Assembly: GCA_041649575.1 (NCBI GenBank)
Contig: JBAZMW010000002.1
Coordinates: 1,934-65,933 of the forward strand
Direction of reading: 5' to 3'
Origin: Patescibacteria group bacterium
GTDB taxonomy: Bacteria > Patescibacteriota > Patescibacteriia > 2-01-FULL-39-33
DNA length: 64,000 nt
In this document: piece after piece, positions 37,609-47,352 of the stretch
Position numbering within the stretch: the first letter of the stretch is position 1
Layout of the letters: the number at the start of each line of letters is the position of its first letter
Program-made: the position numbers and the translations under genes
The notes under the pieces: generated by a model
The model's input: the letters and a program-made list of their open reading frames with translations, nothing else
What the model was told of the DNA's origin: nothing
Database searches by the model: none

Positions 37609-38373
37609 ATGGATAATTTTTTTAAACGTTTGGTAAAAGAACTCAAATATATCGCAGGTTTGGGTTGGACGTTTAAAGCCGTGGGCGAACACTGGGACAA
37701 AACAACAGATTATGACGATATAAACGAAAGGACCTATTCTTACTTCCGACGCTTTGTCGATGCTGCCAAGCTATTTGATTTACCTGATCAAAAATACACC
37801 CTGGATATTTGTTCCCGGACGGGCAATGGCAGTTTGTACTTTTGGCAGAAAGGAAAGATTTCTCGGGTGGTCTGTGCCGATGTCACCCAAAAGATGCAGT
37901 TGATTTGCGCGGCTAATCTAAAAAAATATCCGATTAATTTTGAGCTCGAGTATTTTGACAAGTACCCCTTGCCTTTTGGGGATAATGAATTTGAGACTAT
38001 TTTAAGTTTTGAAACCATAGAGCATGTTCCTCAGCCGCAAGTTTTTATCAAAGAATTGTCTCGGATTTTGAAACCAGCCGGCTTAATGGTTTTGACAACC
38101 CCAAACGTTTTATGGGAGCCGGTTCATTGGTTGGCCGCTATTTTTAACATTCATCATAGCGAGGGACCGCATCGTTTTCTCCGGCATCATAAAATTAAAA
38201 AACTGCTCAAGCAAAATAACCTGGAAATAATAAGAGAGGGGACTTTTGTTTTAATCCCCGGTGGGCCCAAGCCTTTAATAGCATTTGGAGAAAAACTGGA
38301 AGAGACTTTGCCCCAGTTTATTTTAAGATGGCTGGCTTTGAGAAGAATTTATATTTGTCAAAAAAATAAATAA
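37609..38373 (+). CDS. Class I SAM-dependent methyltransferase.
   Basis: LDICSRTGNGS (motif I-like). ILSFETIEHVPQPQVFIKELSRILKPAGLMVLTTPN. Confidence 0.7.
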   Translation: MDNFFKRLVKELKYIAGLGWTFKAVGEHWDKTTDYDDINERTYSYFRRFVDAAKLFDLPDQKYTLDICSRTGNGSLYFWQKGKISRVVCADVTQKMQLICAANLKKYPINFELEYFDKYPLPFGDNEFETILSFETIEHVPQPQVFIKELSRILKPAGLMVLTTPNVLWEPVHWLAAIFNIHHSEGPHRFLRHHKIKKLLKQNNLEIIREGTFVLIPGGPKPLIAFGEKLEETLPQFILRWLALRRIYICQKNK

Positions 38374-38383
38374 TAAAAATAAA

Positions 38384-39040
38384 ATGGATTTGATCAAAGC
38401 AATAAAAAACAGACGCAGCGTTAGGACCTTTCAGCACAAACCAGTAGCCAGAGAATTGATCGAGAAGCTGATAGAGTCGGCTATTTGCGCTCCCTCGGCT
38501 TGCAACATTCAGGGCTGGAAATTTATCGTGGTTGATAATCAGGACGTCAAAAAAAGCATAGTAGACGCCGGCGGCTCGGTTTTGATTGAAAAAGCGCCTT
38601 TAGGAATCCTGGTTTTATATAACAACCGAACCCACAATGTCGGCTATCGTGATTATATCCAAAGCGCGTCCGCGGCGATAGAAAATTTGCTTTTGACCGC
38701 CACTAGCGAGGGCCTGGGGGCTTGCTGGATCTGCCATCTGCCTCGGCCTGGGAATTTACGAAAAATTTTTAATATTCCCAAATCTTTTTCTCCCATCGCC
38801 TATCTACTATTGGGTTATCCGGAAAATCAGCCTCAGGCCGTGCCGCGTAAATATCGGCTCGACGAAGTTATGGCGGTTAATAAGTTTTCTCCAAATTGGC
38901 CCAGATTAAAAGTGAGTTGGCTCGGACTAAAGATTAAAAGATTATTAATCGCCATTTATAATTTAATGCCAACCATCATTAAGAAAAAATTTTTGAACAA
39001 ATTAGTTGACAAGAACTTCGTAAAAAAGTTTGAAAATTAG
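38384..39040 (+). CDS. Nitroreductase-family flavoprotein.
   Basis: IKNRRSVRTFQHKPVARELIEKLIESAICAPSACNIQGWKFIVV, the canonical nitroreductase N-terminus. Confidence 0.8.
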   Translation: MDLIKAIKNRRSVRTFQHKPVARELIEKLIESAICAPSACNIQGWKFIVVDNQDVKKSIVDAGGSVLIEKAPLGILVLYNNRTHNVGYRDYIQSASAAIENLLLTATSEGLGACWICHLPRPGNLRKIFNIPKSFSPIAYLLLGYPENQPQAVPRKYRLDEVMAVNKFSPNWPRLKVSWLGLKIKRLLIAIYNLMPTIIKKKFLNKLVDKNFVKKFEN

Positions 39041-39046
39041 GAAATA

Positions 39047-40462
39047 ATGAAAATAATTTTTATCAATCCGCCGGTTAAGAATCTCATTACCGCTAATGTG
39101 CCTATGGTGGTAGAGGAGGGAGGCCGTGGCGCGCTGCCGCCTCTAGGTATTTTGTATGTGGCCGCCTATTTAAAAAAATATACCAGCAATGAGATTAAAA
39201 TTTTGGATTTGGAGCTGGAATCTAAAAGCGATGAGGAAATTGGTGATTACCTTTTAAAAGAAAAGCCCCAGGTCGTCGGCATCACTTTGATTTCCTTTCT
39301 TTTGATCGATGTCATTAATTTAATTAGCTTGATTAGGCGCTTTTTGCCAGAAGTGAAAATAATTGCCGGTGGTCCGCATGCCTGCATTTATCCGGTTGAA
39401 ACTTTAAATAGTTTGCATGTTGATTATGTCGTCTTAGGCGAAGGCGAATTGCCCTGCTTTGATTTGATCAGTAATTTGGATGACCTAGAAAAGTTAAAGA
39501 AAGTTAGGGGATTGGTTTTTAAAGATGGTGAAGAAATTATCAATACCGGCCCCAGAGAATTGATTCAAGATTTAGACTCCTTGCCCTTTCCTGCTCGGGA
39601 ATTGACAGAGTACAAAAAATATTATTCCACCCTGGCCTTGGCCAATCCGACTACCACCATGTTCACTTCCAGGGGCTGTCCTTACCAGTGTGTTTTTTGC
39701 GACCGGCCACACTTGGGCAAGTTTTTCCGGGCGCGATCAGCAAAGAATGTGGTTGATGAAATGGAAGAAGTGGTTGGCTTGGGTATTAAAGAAATTTATA
39801 TTTATGACGACACCTTTACCATTGATCGTCAACGAGTAGTTGATATCTGCGAAGAGATTTTGAGGAGAAATTTGAAAATTTATTGGGATGTAAGGGCCAG
39901 AGTCAATACGGTAGATGAAGAATTGTTAAAACTCATGAAAAAAGCCGGTTGTTCCCGAATTCATTATGGAGTCGAATCTGGTGTTGATCGGGTGTTGGAG
40001 AACCTTCGCAAAGGCATTACCGTTGAGATGGTCAGGCGCGCTTTCAAAATGACGAAAATAGTTGGAATTGAAACGGCAGCTTACTTTATGGTTGGTTGCC
40101 CCGGTGAAACTATGGACGATATTAAAAAGTCGGTAGAACTGGCCAAAGAATTAAAGCCGGCCTATGTTCATTTTTCGGTATTCAGTATTTACCCGGCCAC
40201 GGACGCCTATCTTAGGGCCTTAAAGGCTGGTTTAGTTAAAAAAGACGTTTGGCAAGAATTTGCCGCCGCGCCCTCGGCTGATTTTAAACCGCCGCTTTGG
40301 GAGGAAAATTTTAGTCGGGAACAGCTAATTGAAATATTAAACCAGGCCTACCGCTCGTTTTATTTGAGGCCAAGTTATGTCTTTAAAAAATTAGTCGAAA
40401 TAAAATCATTTAGCGATCTTTGGCACAAGGCAAGGATTGGATTGAAGATCTTTAGGATTTAA
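39047..40462 (+). CDS. B12-binding domain radical SAM protein. Close paralog of the N-terminal domain of 52334-54727.
   Basis: MKIIFINPPV. TSRGCPYQCVFCDRPH. Shares the INTGPRELIQDLDSLPFPARELT block with the minus-strand paralog. Confidence 0.85.
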   Translation: MKIIFINPPVKNLITANVPMVVEEGGRGALPPLGILYVAAYLKKYTSNEIKILDLELESKSDEEIGDYLLKEKPQVVGITLISFLLIDVINLISLIRRFLPEVKIIAGGPHACIYPVETLNSLHVDYVVLGEGELPCFDLISNLDDLEKLKKVRGLVFKDGEEIINTGPRELIQDLDSLPFPARELTEYKKYYSTLALANPTTTMFTSRGCPYQCVFCDRPHLGKFFRARSAKNVVDEMEEVVGLGIKEIYIYDDTFTIDRQRVVDICEEILRRNLKIYWDVRARVNTVDEELLKLMKKAGCSRIHYGVESGVDRVLENLRKGITVEMVRRAFKMTKIVGIETAAYFMVGCPGETMDDIKKSVELAKELKPAYVHFSVFSIYPATDAYLRALKAGLVKKDVWQEFAAAPSADFKPPLWEENFSREQLIEILNQAYRSFYLRPSYVFKKLVEIKSFSDLWHKARIGLKIFRI

Positions 40463-40481
40463 TAAAAAATTGGTTTTTTAA

Positions 40482-41975
40482 ATGAAAATTCTCCTTATTT
40501 CCCTTAATCAACAGGATGTGGAGGAATACAAAAAAGCGCCGACTGATATTAGTGCTCTGGGGGTGAGGTATCTTTCTTCATATTTGAAGAGCCAGAGCCA
40601 GGAGGTAAAAATATTATTTCTAGCCAAACCTTATGGCGTGGCAGAGAGCCAGGAAGAATTAGAACAAATTAATAATCTGATAAACGAACAAAAACCAGAT
40701 TTAATTGGTTTAAGCTTGATGTCCAACCATTTTTTTCGAGCCAAGCAGATAACTAAAAATATAAAAGAAAAATTTTCCGCTTTACCGGTGATCTGGGGCG
40801 GCATTCACCCTACGATTGATCCGGCCGGTTGTTTAGCTTATGCAGATTTAGTCTGCGTGGGAGAGGGCGAATTACCCCTTAGCCAACTGGCGCAAGGAGA
40901 TAATTTAAAACAATATCAAAATCTGAACCTGGCCGGGATTTGGTATAAAAAAAATGGCCAGATAGTTAACGGCGAAAAAGCCGATTTGGTAAAGGAAATA
41001 GATAGGCTACCCAATCCCGATTATGATCTGGAAAACCATTACATTATCCATCAGGATAAATTGGTGCCGCTTTCGATTGAAATTTTTAGGCAGTATTATC
41101 CGGCGTCCCGCGGCGATCATCGTTTAATTTCTACCCGCGGCTGCCCTCATGCCTGCGCCTACTGCTGTAATTCGGTTTTTCGGGATATGTATGGCGGTGG
41201 TTATTTAAGAAAGCGCTTCGTGGAACAGGTAATAGCTGAAATGAAAGTAACCAGGGAAAAATTTCCGTTTTTGAAATCATTCAAGATCATGGACGACAGC
41301 TTTACGGTCAACGATCTTGATTGGATAAGAAAGTTCAGCCGCAGGTACCAAACGGAAATAAACTTGCCTTTCTATTGTTTGATCAGCCCCCTGACAATCA
41401 CCCAGGAAAAATTGGATTTATTGGTGGCGGCGGGGCTGTCTACGGCGCAAATGGGTCTGCAGAGCGGTAGTGACAGGATAAATCAGGAGATTTATCTAAG
41501 ACAGGTTAAAACCGATCAATTCTTGGCCGCGGCAAAACTGCTGGAAAAATACCAAAATCGAGTAAGCGTTTCCATTGACGTAATTGTGGACAATCCCTAC
41601 GAAACGGAATCAGACTTGCTGTTGACGGCCGAAATTTTAAACCAGATAAAAAGACCTTTTCATTTGTCGCTTTTTTCATTAGCTTTTTATCCTGGAACGG
41701 AACTCTACCGGCGAGCATCGCAGGATAAAATTTTAGCAAACAATGAAGAATATTTAGACAAGCAATTTCATTTATTCAAAAAAAATTATTTAAACAAAAT
41801 TATTTACTTGGTGCCCCATCTGCCGCCCGAAAAAGTTAAGGTTTTATTGGCCAAGAGAAACAAGTTGTTTTACAAATTTCAGGTAGAGTTGTTGTATCTT
41901 TTTTTGACCAAAAAAAATAAGATGCCCTCAATGTTGATTAAGGCAGCCAAAATTTTGAAACATTTATTGAAATAA
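40482..41975 (+). CDS. B12-binding domain radical SAM protein.
   Basis: STRGCPHACAYCCN (CX3CX2C). N-terminal B12-binding-like domain (LIGLSLMSN...IWGGIHPTIDP). Confidence 0.85.
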   Translation: MKILLISLNQQDVEEYKKAPTDISALGVRYLSSYLKSQSQEVKILFLAKPYGVAESQEELEQINNLINEQKPDLIGLSLMSNHFFRAKQITKNIKEKFSALPVIWGGIHPTIDPAGCLAYADLVCVGEGELPLSQLAQGDNLKQYQNLNLAGIWYKKNGQIVNGEKADLVKEIDRLPNPDYDLENHYIIHQDKLVPLSIEIFRQYYPASRGDHRLISTRGCPHACAYCCNSVFRDMYGGGYLRKRFVEQVIAEMKVTREKFPFLKSFKIMDDSFTVNDLDWIRKFSRRYQTEINLPFYCLISPLTITQEKLDLLVAAGLSTAQMGLQSGSDRINQEIYLRQVKTDQFLAAAKLLEKYQNRVSVSIDVIVDNPYETESDLLLTAEILNQIKRPFHLSLFSLAFYPGTELYRRASQDKILANNEEYLDKQFHLFKKNYLNKIIYLVPHLPPEKVKVLLAKRNKLFYKFQVELLYLFLTKKNKMPSMLIKAAKILKHLLK

Positions 41976-41977
41976 AT

Positions 41978-43165
41978 ATGAAAAAATGGCGACTTAGAAT
42001 CAAGAGTGTTTTTTTGCTGGTTTGCTGTTATTGTTATTGTCTTATCCGTGGCCGGGCTGACAAAAAAATTACCGACCCCAAAAAAATTCTGGTGGTTCAA
42101 ATGGCCAAGTTGGGCGACATGGTGTGCACCACGCCGGTTCTCCGGGCGGTTAAAGCAAAATATCCTCAAAGTGAGGTTTATGTCTTGGGTGATGCTGTCA
42201 ATAAAATTTTATTGCAAAATCATCCTGATGTCGACGGCTATATTGTTTTCGGCGATAATCTTTTTCGTTTCATTAAAGAACTAAGAAAAATAAAATTTGA
42301 TTTTGCCTGCGTAGCCGTGCCGGATTTTGACAGTTTGGCTATAATTTATCTCTCCGGCATTCCTTTGATTTGCGTTCCGAAAATTACTGACGGTTATTCT
42401 CCTTATAACACCAGGCCGTTTAGGCTGGCTTCTAAATTAGTAGTTACCAGAAATTACGGTTTGGAAAAATATGCGCCCCGGGAATATTTAAAACTTTTAG
42501 AGCCGATCGATATCTATACCGATGATACCAAAAAATGGCTGGCCTACTCATCCTGGGCAAAGAAAAAAGTTGATGAATTTTTTATTGATCGCGCTATTGA
42601 TAAGAGTAGCGATTTTATTATTGGCTTGTCTCCGGCGGCCGGCAATAAAATAAAGCTGTGGAGTCCCAAAAAATTCGCCGATTTGATAAATCATATTTGT
42701 CATCATTGGCAGGCGAAGATAATTATTATCGGCGCTTCGGCCGATACCCCCTTAGCCAACGAGGTTGTTAGTCATCTAAATCAAGAGAATCAAGTAATAA
42801 ATACGGTCGGGGTATTTAATTTGGACGAGCTCAAGGTGTTGATGGCTCAAATGTCCATGTTTATCAGCGTGGATACGGGCCCAATTTATGTCGCGGAAGC
42901 TTTTGAGGTGCCAACCATCGACATTGTCGGTCCGGTTGACGAGAGAGTTCAGCCGCCCCAAGGCCAATTCAATAAAATCGTAAAGGTTGAAAGAAAAAAA
43001 GCGGAGATGTATATTCTGAATTCCAGAGATTACAATTATCAGGAAGCTAAGAGGCAGGTAGATGAGATAAGCGTTGAAATGGTGGTAGAGCAATTTGAGC
43101 AACTAGTGAGCGCTATTAATACTGTCGGAAACAGAACTAGAGCTAAGCCCCGCGTTCTAACCTAA
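41978..43165 (+). CDS. GT9-family glycosyltransferase (heptosyltransferase-like).
   Basis: ILVVQMAKLGDMVCTTPVLRAVKAKYPQSEVYVLGD, the canonical GT9 N-terminal motif. ...VDTGPIYVAEAFEVPTIDIVGP. Confidence 0.85.
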   Translation: MKKWRLRIKSVFLLVCCYCYCLIRGRADKKITDPKKILVVQMAKLGDMVCTTPVLRAVKAKYPQSEVYVLGDAVNKILLQNHPDVDGYIVFGDNLFRFIKELRKIKFDFACVAVPDFDSLAIIYLSGIPLICVPKITDGYSPYNTRPFRLASKLVVTRNYGLEKYAPREYLKLLEPIDIYTDDTKKWLAYSSWAKKKVDEFFIDRAIDKSSDFIIGLSPAAGNKIKLWSPKKFADLINHICHHWQAKIIIIGASADTPLANEVVSHLNQENQVINTVGVFNLDELKVLMAQMSMFISVDTGPIYVAEAFEVPTIDIVGPVDERVQPPQGQFNKIVKVERKKAEMYILNSRDYNYQEAKRQVDEISVEMVVEQFEQLVSAINTVGNRTRAKPRVLT

Positions 43166-43200
43166 AAAAAGTCAAAACTTGAGAATTAAAAAGTAAACCG

Positions 43201-44538
43201 ATGATTTTTTTAAAAAAGATTCTCTCTTTAAGAAACAAGAAATTTGTTCGGGACGCTTCGGTTTTACAGCTGGGATCAATATTTTCAACCGGCCTGTCTT
43301 TTTTGGCTTCCATTGTTTACGCTCGGATTTTGGGTATAAATGGTTATGCCAATTACGCTTTGATTTTTGCCTTTGTCAGTTTGACCGGGATTTTTATGAA
43401 TGTGGGCACTAATGAGACGGCGATTACTCTTTTAGCCGAGGCTTATGCCGAAAACAACAGGGAGAAAATTAAAAATCTTTTGACCTATTATATAAAAATA
43501 ACCTTTTTGTTCGCTTTGGTAGTCGGATTAATAATTATTATTTTTGCTCCGTTTTTAACCTCGCTTTTTTACCACAACCGAGAAATCGGCCGGCTGGCCA
43601 GGATTGTTGTCATCGGCAACATCAGCCAGATTTTTTTCTACATGTACACGATAGTTTTGCAAATCATGAGAAAGATAAAGAATCTTACTATTGTTGAAAA
43701 TTTGAATAAAATTTTTGGCGTGGTTGTTCCTGTCTCCCTGGTTTTAGCCGGCTTTGGCTTAAAGGGTTTGGTTTTTGGTTATCTTGTAGTCACTCTCTGT
43801 TTTGCCTTATTTTCTATATTGGCTTATCGCCGGCTTTGGCTAAGAAGCCAAGTTTTACCTTCCTGGTTGGAAATTATCGGCAATTTAAGGCGGGTTAAAT
43901 TGGCCTATTATTTCAAATTCGGTTTTTTAATTGCGGTAGATAAAAATTTGGGCAGTTTGTATAGTACTCTGCCAATTTTTATTCTAGGTATGTTTAGTTT
44001 CGACCAGGTGGCTTTTTTCAAAATAGCAACGGCCTATGCCGGGCTACCCTCGATCTTAATTAGTCCGGTTTCTCGTTTATTAATGGTGCAATTGCCAAAG
44101 TCAAAAATCTACAGCCTGGCCATTCTAAAAAGAGATTTTGTCAGGTCGTCTTTTGGCGGCTTTCTGATTACTTTTGGTGCGGCCTTGGTTCTGGTTTTTC
44201 TGGCGCCCATATTGATTCCCTTGGTTTATGGCCAAAGTTATTTATTCGCTATTTGTTTATCCTATCCTTTGCTGCTTGGCACGGTGATTTCAAGCTGGGG
44301 CTTGGGTCTTAGCTCAATTTTTAGAACCTTGAATTTAATGAAAAAATCGATTATAATTAATTTTGTTTTGATCGTCGCCGGCAGTGGTCTCTTATGCTTT
44401 CTGGCTAAAAATTATTCCATTAATGTTTCGGTCTGGGCGATCGCTTTGTGGCTGCCTTTGGCGACAATGGTGTTTTTCTTCTATGTCTTAAACTATATGA
44501 ATAAAAAAATAAAAGTGACTAATGAAACTGGAGAATAA
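43201..44538 (+). CDS. Wzx-like oligosaccharide flippase (MOP superfamily, Polysacc_synt family).
   Basis: About 12 TM helices. N-terminal LQLGSIFSTGLSFLASIVYARILGINGYANYALIFAF pattern of PST-family flippases. Confidence 0.7.
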   Translation: MIFLKKILSLRNKKFVRDASVLQLGSIFSTGLSFLASIVYARILGINGYANYALIFAFVSLTGIFMNVGTNETAITLLAEAYAENNREKIKNLLTYYIKITFLFALVVGLIIIIFAPFLTSLFYHNREIGRLARIVVIGNISQIFFYMYTIVLQIMRKIKNLTIVENLNKIFGVVVPVSLVLAGFGLKGLVFGYLVVTLCFALFSILAYRRLWLRSQVLPSWLEIIGNLRRVKLAYYFKFGFLIAVDKNLGSLYSTLPIFILGMFSFDQVAFFKIATAYAGLPSILISPVSRLLMVQLPKSKIYSLAILKRDFVRSSFGGFLITFGAALVLVFLAPILIPLVYGQSYLFAICLSYPLLLGTVISSWGLGLSSIFRTLNLMKKSIIINFVLIVAGSGLLCFLAKNYSINVSVWAIALWLPLATMVFFFYVLNYMNKKIKVTNETGE

Positions 44539-45142
44539 AAATTTTTTTGGCACCAAAGAGCTGGTTGATTATTGTTTGAAATATGTGACAGGCGAAGTGG
44601 CGGATGTCGGGGCCGGCACGGCCAAGTATAAGCCGATGATTTTAAGCCGAGCCTCTTCTTATTTGGCTTTTGATGTAGTGCCAGGGGAGAAAATAGACGT
44701 GGTTGGTGATGTTTTAAACATGCCTTTGTCCAGTGAGAGCTTTGATACGGTTATCTCCACTCAAGTACTCGAACACGTCGAAAAGCCATGGGTGATGGTT
44801 TCTGAAATAAGAAGAATTCTAAAGCCCGGCGGCGTTTGCGTTCTCACCGCGCCTTTTTTAATTTCTTATCATCCTGATCCGACGGATTTTTTCCGTTACA
44901 CCACCGAGGGCATAGTCTCATTGTTTAAAAATGAGGGTTTCGAAATTATAGAAGCCGGCTCTTATGGGCGTTTATTTTCTACCTTTAAAGAGATTGTTCG
45001 GCTCGGTTATTTCCGCCAAAAACGTTTTAAGGGTCAGGAGTTATTTTTGAAGTACGCACAAAAATTTACCCATTGGCTTGACGGCTTTGTTAAAAACAAA
45101 AGCATTTATACCAATATTTATGTTATTGCCAGAAAAAAATGA
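44522..45142 (+). CDS. Class I SAM-dependent methyltransferase.
   Basis: VADVGAGTAKY (motif I). VISTQVLEHVEKPWVMVSEIRRILKPGGVCVLTAPF. Confidence 0.75.
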   Translation: MKLENKNFFGTKELVDYCLKYVTGEVADVGAGTAKYKPMILSRASSYLAFDVVPGEKIDVVGDVLNMPLSSESFDTVISTQVLEHVEKPWVMVSEIRRILKPGGVCVLTAPFLISYHPDPTDFFRYTTEGIVSLFKNEGFEIIEAGSYGRLFSTFKEIVRLGYFRQKRFKGQELFLKYAQKFTHWLDGFVKNKSIYTNIYVIARKK

Positions 45143-46593
45143 AAATCATATTAATTAATCCGCCGGTTTGTAATGATATCGGCCATAAATTGGCCGATAC
45201 GCCGCCCCTGGGCTTGCTTTATTTAGCCTCTTTTTTGGAAAAAAATGGCTATCGTGAGGTTAAGGTTGTCGACGCCGATGTCGCTTTAATGAGCTGGCCC
45301 GCCTTAAGAGATTTTTTAATCAAGGAAAAGCCAGAAATAGTCGGGCTGTCTGGCGCTTCATTAGTTTTGCCGGCTTTGATAAAAACTGCCCAATTAGCCA
45401 AAGAGGCTTTGCCCGGTGTCATAACAATCGCTGGCGGCTTCGGACCAACCAAGGAGCCAGAAAAAGTTTTAAGAGATAGTAGTGGTTCCATCGATTTTAT
45501 TGTCAGAGGAGAAGGGGAGGTTACTTTACTGGAAATGGTCAAGCAGATTGAAAGCCGGGAGAAAAGGTATAACCAGATAAAAGGATTGGCTTATCTCGAT
45601 CAAAATAATTTAGTTATCACTGAAAGCAGGGAGGCAGTCAGGGATTTGGATTCTTTGCCTTGGCCGGCTTATCATCTTTTAGAACAAAAGTTTTCTGACT
45701 ACGGCGGTATGCATGCTCGTTACAAGGAGATGGGACGGCCCAACGCTGTTATGATCGCTGCCCGCGGTTGTCCGCATCGTTGCACTTTTTGTAGTCTGGG
45801 CTCGAGGCTGTATCGCCAGCGAAATCCTCGGGATGTCGTTGATGAGATGGAGTCTTATGTTAAGAAGTTCCAAGCTAAATCCATCCAGCTTTACGATGAC
45901 GAGTTTGTTGGTCTTAGCCCCAAACAGAATGAATGGATTAATCAGATTTGCGATGAAATAATTAGACGCGATTTGGACAAAAAACTTTCTTTTCTGGTTC
46001 AGGGACGTTGTAGTCAGTTTGTCGATTTAAAAACTTTGCAGAAAATGCGTCAAGCCAATTTCCGCTGGATTTGGTGGGGCGTGGAATCAGGTTCTCAAAA
46101 AGTTTTAGATTTGATAAAAAAGGATTTAAAAATTGAAAATGTGATCCGCGATTTCTCTCTGGCCAAGCAAGCTGGAATTAAGTCATTAATGTTTATCATG
46201 GTCGGTTTTCCAGGAGAAACGCCAGCCGACATCAAAATGACCGCCGCCTTGGTAAAAAAAATCAAGCCCGACGACATCGCCATTCATATTGTCACACCAT
46301 ACCCGGGTTCGGAGATGAGAAAATATTTGGAAGAAAATAATTTACTTGAGACCACCGACTATTATAAATTCAATACGCGTCGGGACGTAATCCATCATAC
46401 TCAAGAAATGACTGCCGAAGAAATAAAAAAATATTTTCATCTTCTGGTTTTTCGGTTTTCCAATGGTCATTGGTATTTTATTAAGTTTTTCTTTAAATCA
46501 TTGACCACCATCGATGGCTGGAAAAAATTATTCAAAAGGATAAAAATGGCGTTTAGCTATTTTTCCAGTTGGTTTAAGATTAATGTTAATTAA
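45139..46593 (+). CDS. B12-binding domain radical SAM protein.
   Basis: MKIILINPPV. ARGCPHRCTFCSLG. ATGA overlap. Confidence 0.85.
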   Translation: MKIILINPPVCNDIGHKLADTPPLGLLYLASFLEKNGYREVKVVDADVALMSWPALRDFLIKEKPEIVGLSGASLVLPALIKTAQLAKEALPGVITIAGGFGPTKEPEKVLRDSSGSIDFIVRGEGEVTLLEMVKQIESREKRYNQIKGLAYLDQNNLVITESREAVRDLDSLPWPAYHLLEQKFSDYGGMHARYKEMGRPNAVMIAARGCPHRCTFCSLGSRLYRQRNPRDVVDEMESYVKKFQAKSIQLYDDEFVGLSPKQNEWINQICDEIIRRDLDKKLSFLVQGRCSQFVDLKTLQKMRQANFRWIWWGVESGSQKVLDLIKKDLKIENVIRDFSLAKQAGIKSLMFIMVGFPGETPADIKMTAALVKKIKPDDIAIHIVTPYPGSEMRKYLEENNLLETTDYYKFNTRRDVIHHTQEMTAEEIKKYFHLLVFRFSNGHWYFIKFFFKSLTTIDGWKKLFKRIKMAFSYFSSWFKINVN

Positions 46594-47352
46594 GTGATTG
46601 TGAAAAAAATAATCGTTACAACCAGTTGGGATGACGGCCATAATTTGGATTTAAAGACAGCTTCTTTGTTAAAAAAATATGACTTACGCGGCACTTTCTA
46701 TATTCCCAAGCAGTTTAACTCTCGCTTAACAGAGGAAGAGATATTAGAAATTTCTAAAACGCAGGAGATAGGCGCCCACACCAAGAGCCACGCTTCGCTT
46801 ACCGAAATCGATTTGGTTTCAGCGAAACAAGAGATCGACGTCTCTAAAAAATGGTTGGAAAGCCTCCTAGGGCAACCAATAAAAATGTTTTGTTATCCCA
46901 GAGGATTGTATAATGATCAAATTAAAGAGGAAGTCAGAAGAGCTGGCTTTATTGGAGCCAGGAGCGTTCTTTATGGAGAAGAAATAAAAGATCCCTTTGA
47001 ATTGCCGGTCAATTTACAGATTTATCCCTTTCCTTGTCGCAAAAGAAATGCCCGCACTCTGCATTGGTCAAAATTTTTATTTCAGCCGCTAACAAGGAAA
47101 TTTTCAGTCATCAGAAAAAATCATTTACCCTGGAAATCTTTTTTAAGTTGGAGTAATTTTGCGGAGCAGTATTTTTTGTCGGTCTTAAGTCGGAGTGGTT
47201 TTCTGCACCTCTGGGGCCATTCCTGGGAAATTGAAAAATACGGCATGTGGGGCCAGTTGGAAAAATTTTTAAAAGTGATCTCTAGCCGTAAAGATACATT
47301 ATATTTAACTAATTCCGAAGCGATTTGGTATGCGCATCATGGTTCTAACTGA
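46594..47352 (+). CDS. Polysaccharide deacetylase (CE4 / NodB-homology) family protein.
   Basis: TTSWDDGHNLDLKTASLLKKYDLRGTFYIP. HTKSHASL. Starts 1 nt after the upstream stop. Confidence 0.7.
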   Translation: MIVKKIIVTTSWDDGHNLDLKTASLLKKYDLRGTFYIPKQFNSRLTEEEILEISKTQEIGAHTKSHASLTEIDLVSAKQEIDVSKKWLESLLGQPIKMFCYPRGLYNDQIKEEVRRAGFIGARSVLYGEEIKDPFELPVNLQIYPFPCRKRNARTLHWSKFLFQPLTRKFSVIRKNHLPWKSFLSWSNFAEQYFLSVLSRSGFLHLWGHSWEIEKYGMWGQLEKFLKVISSRKDTLYLTNSEAIWYAHHGSN

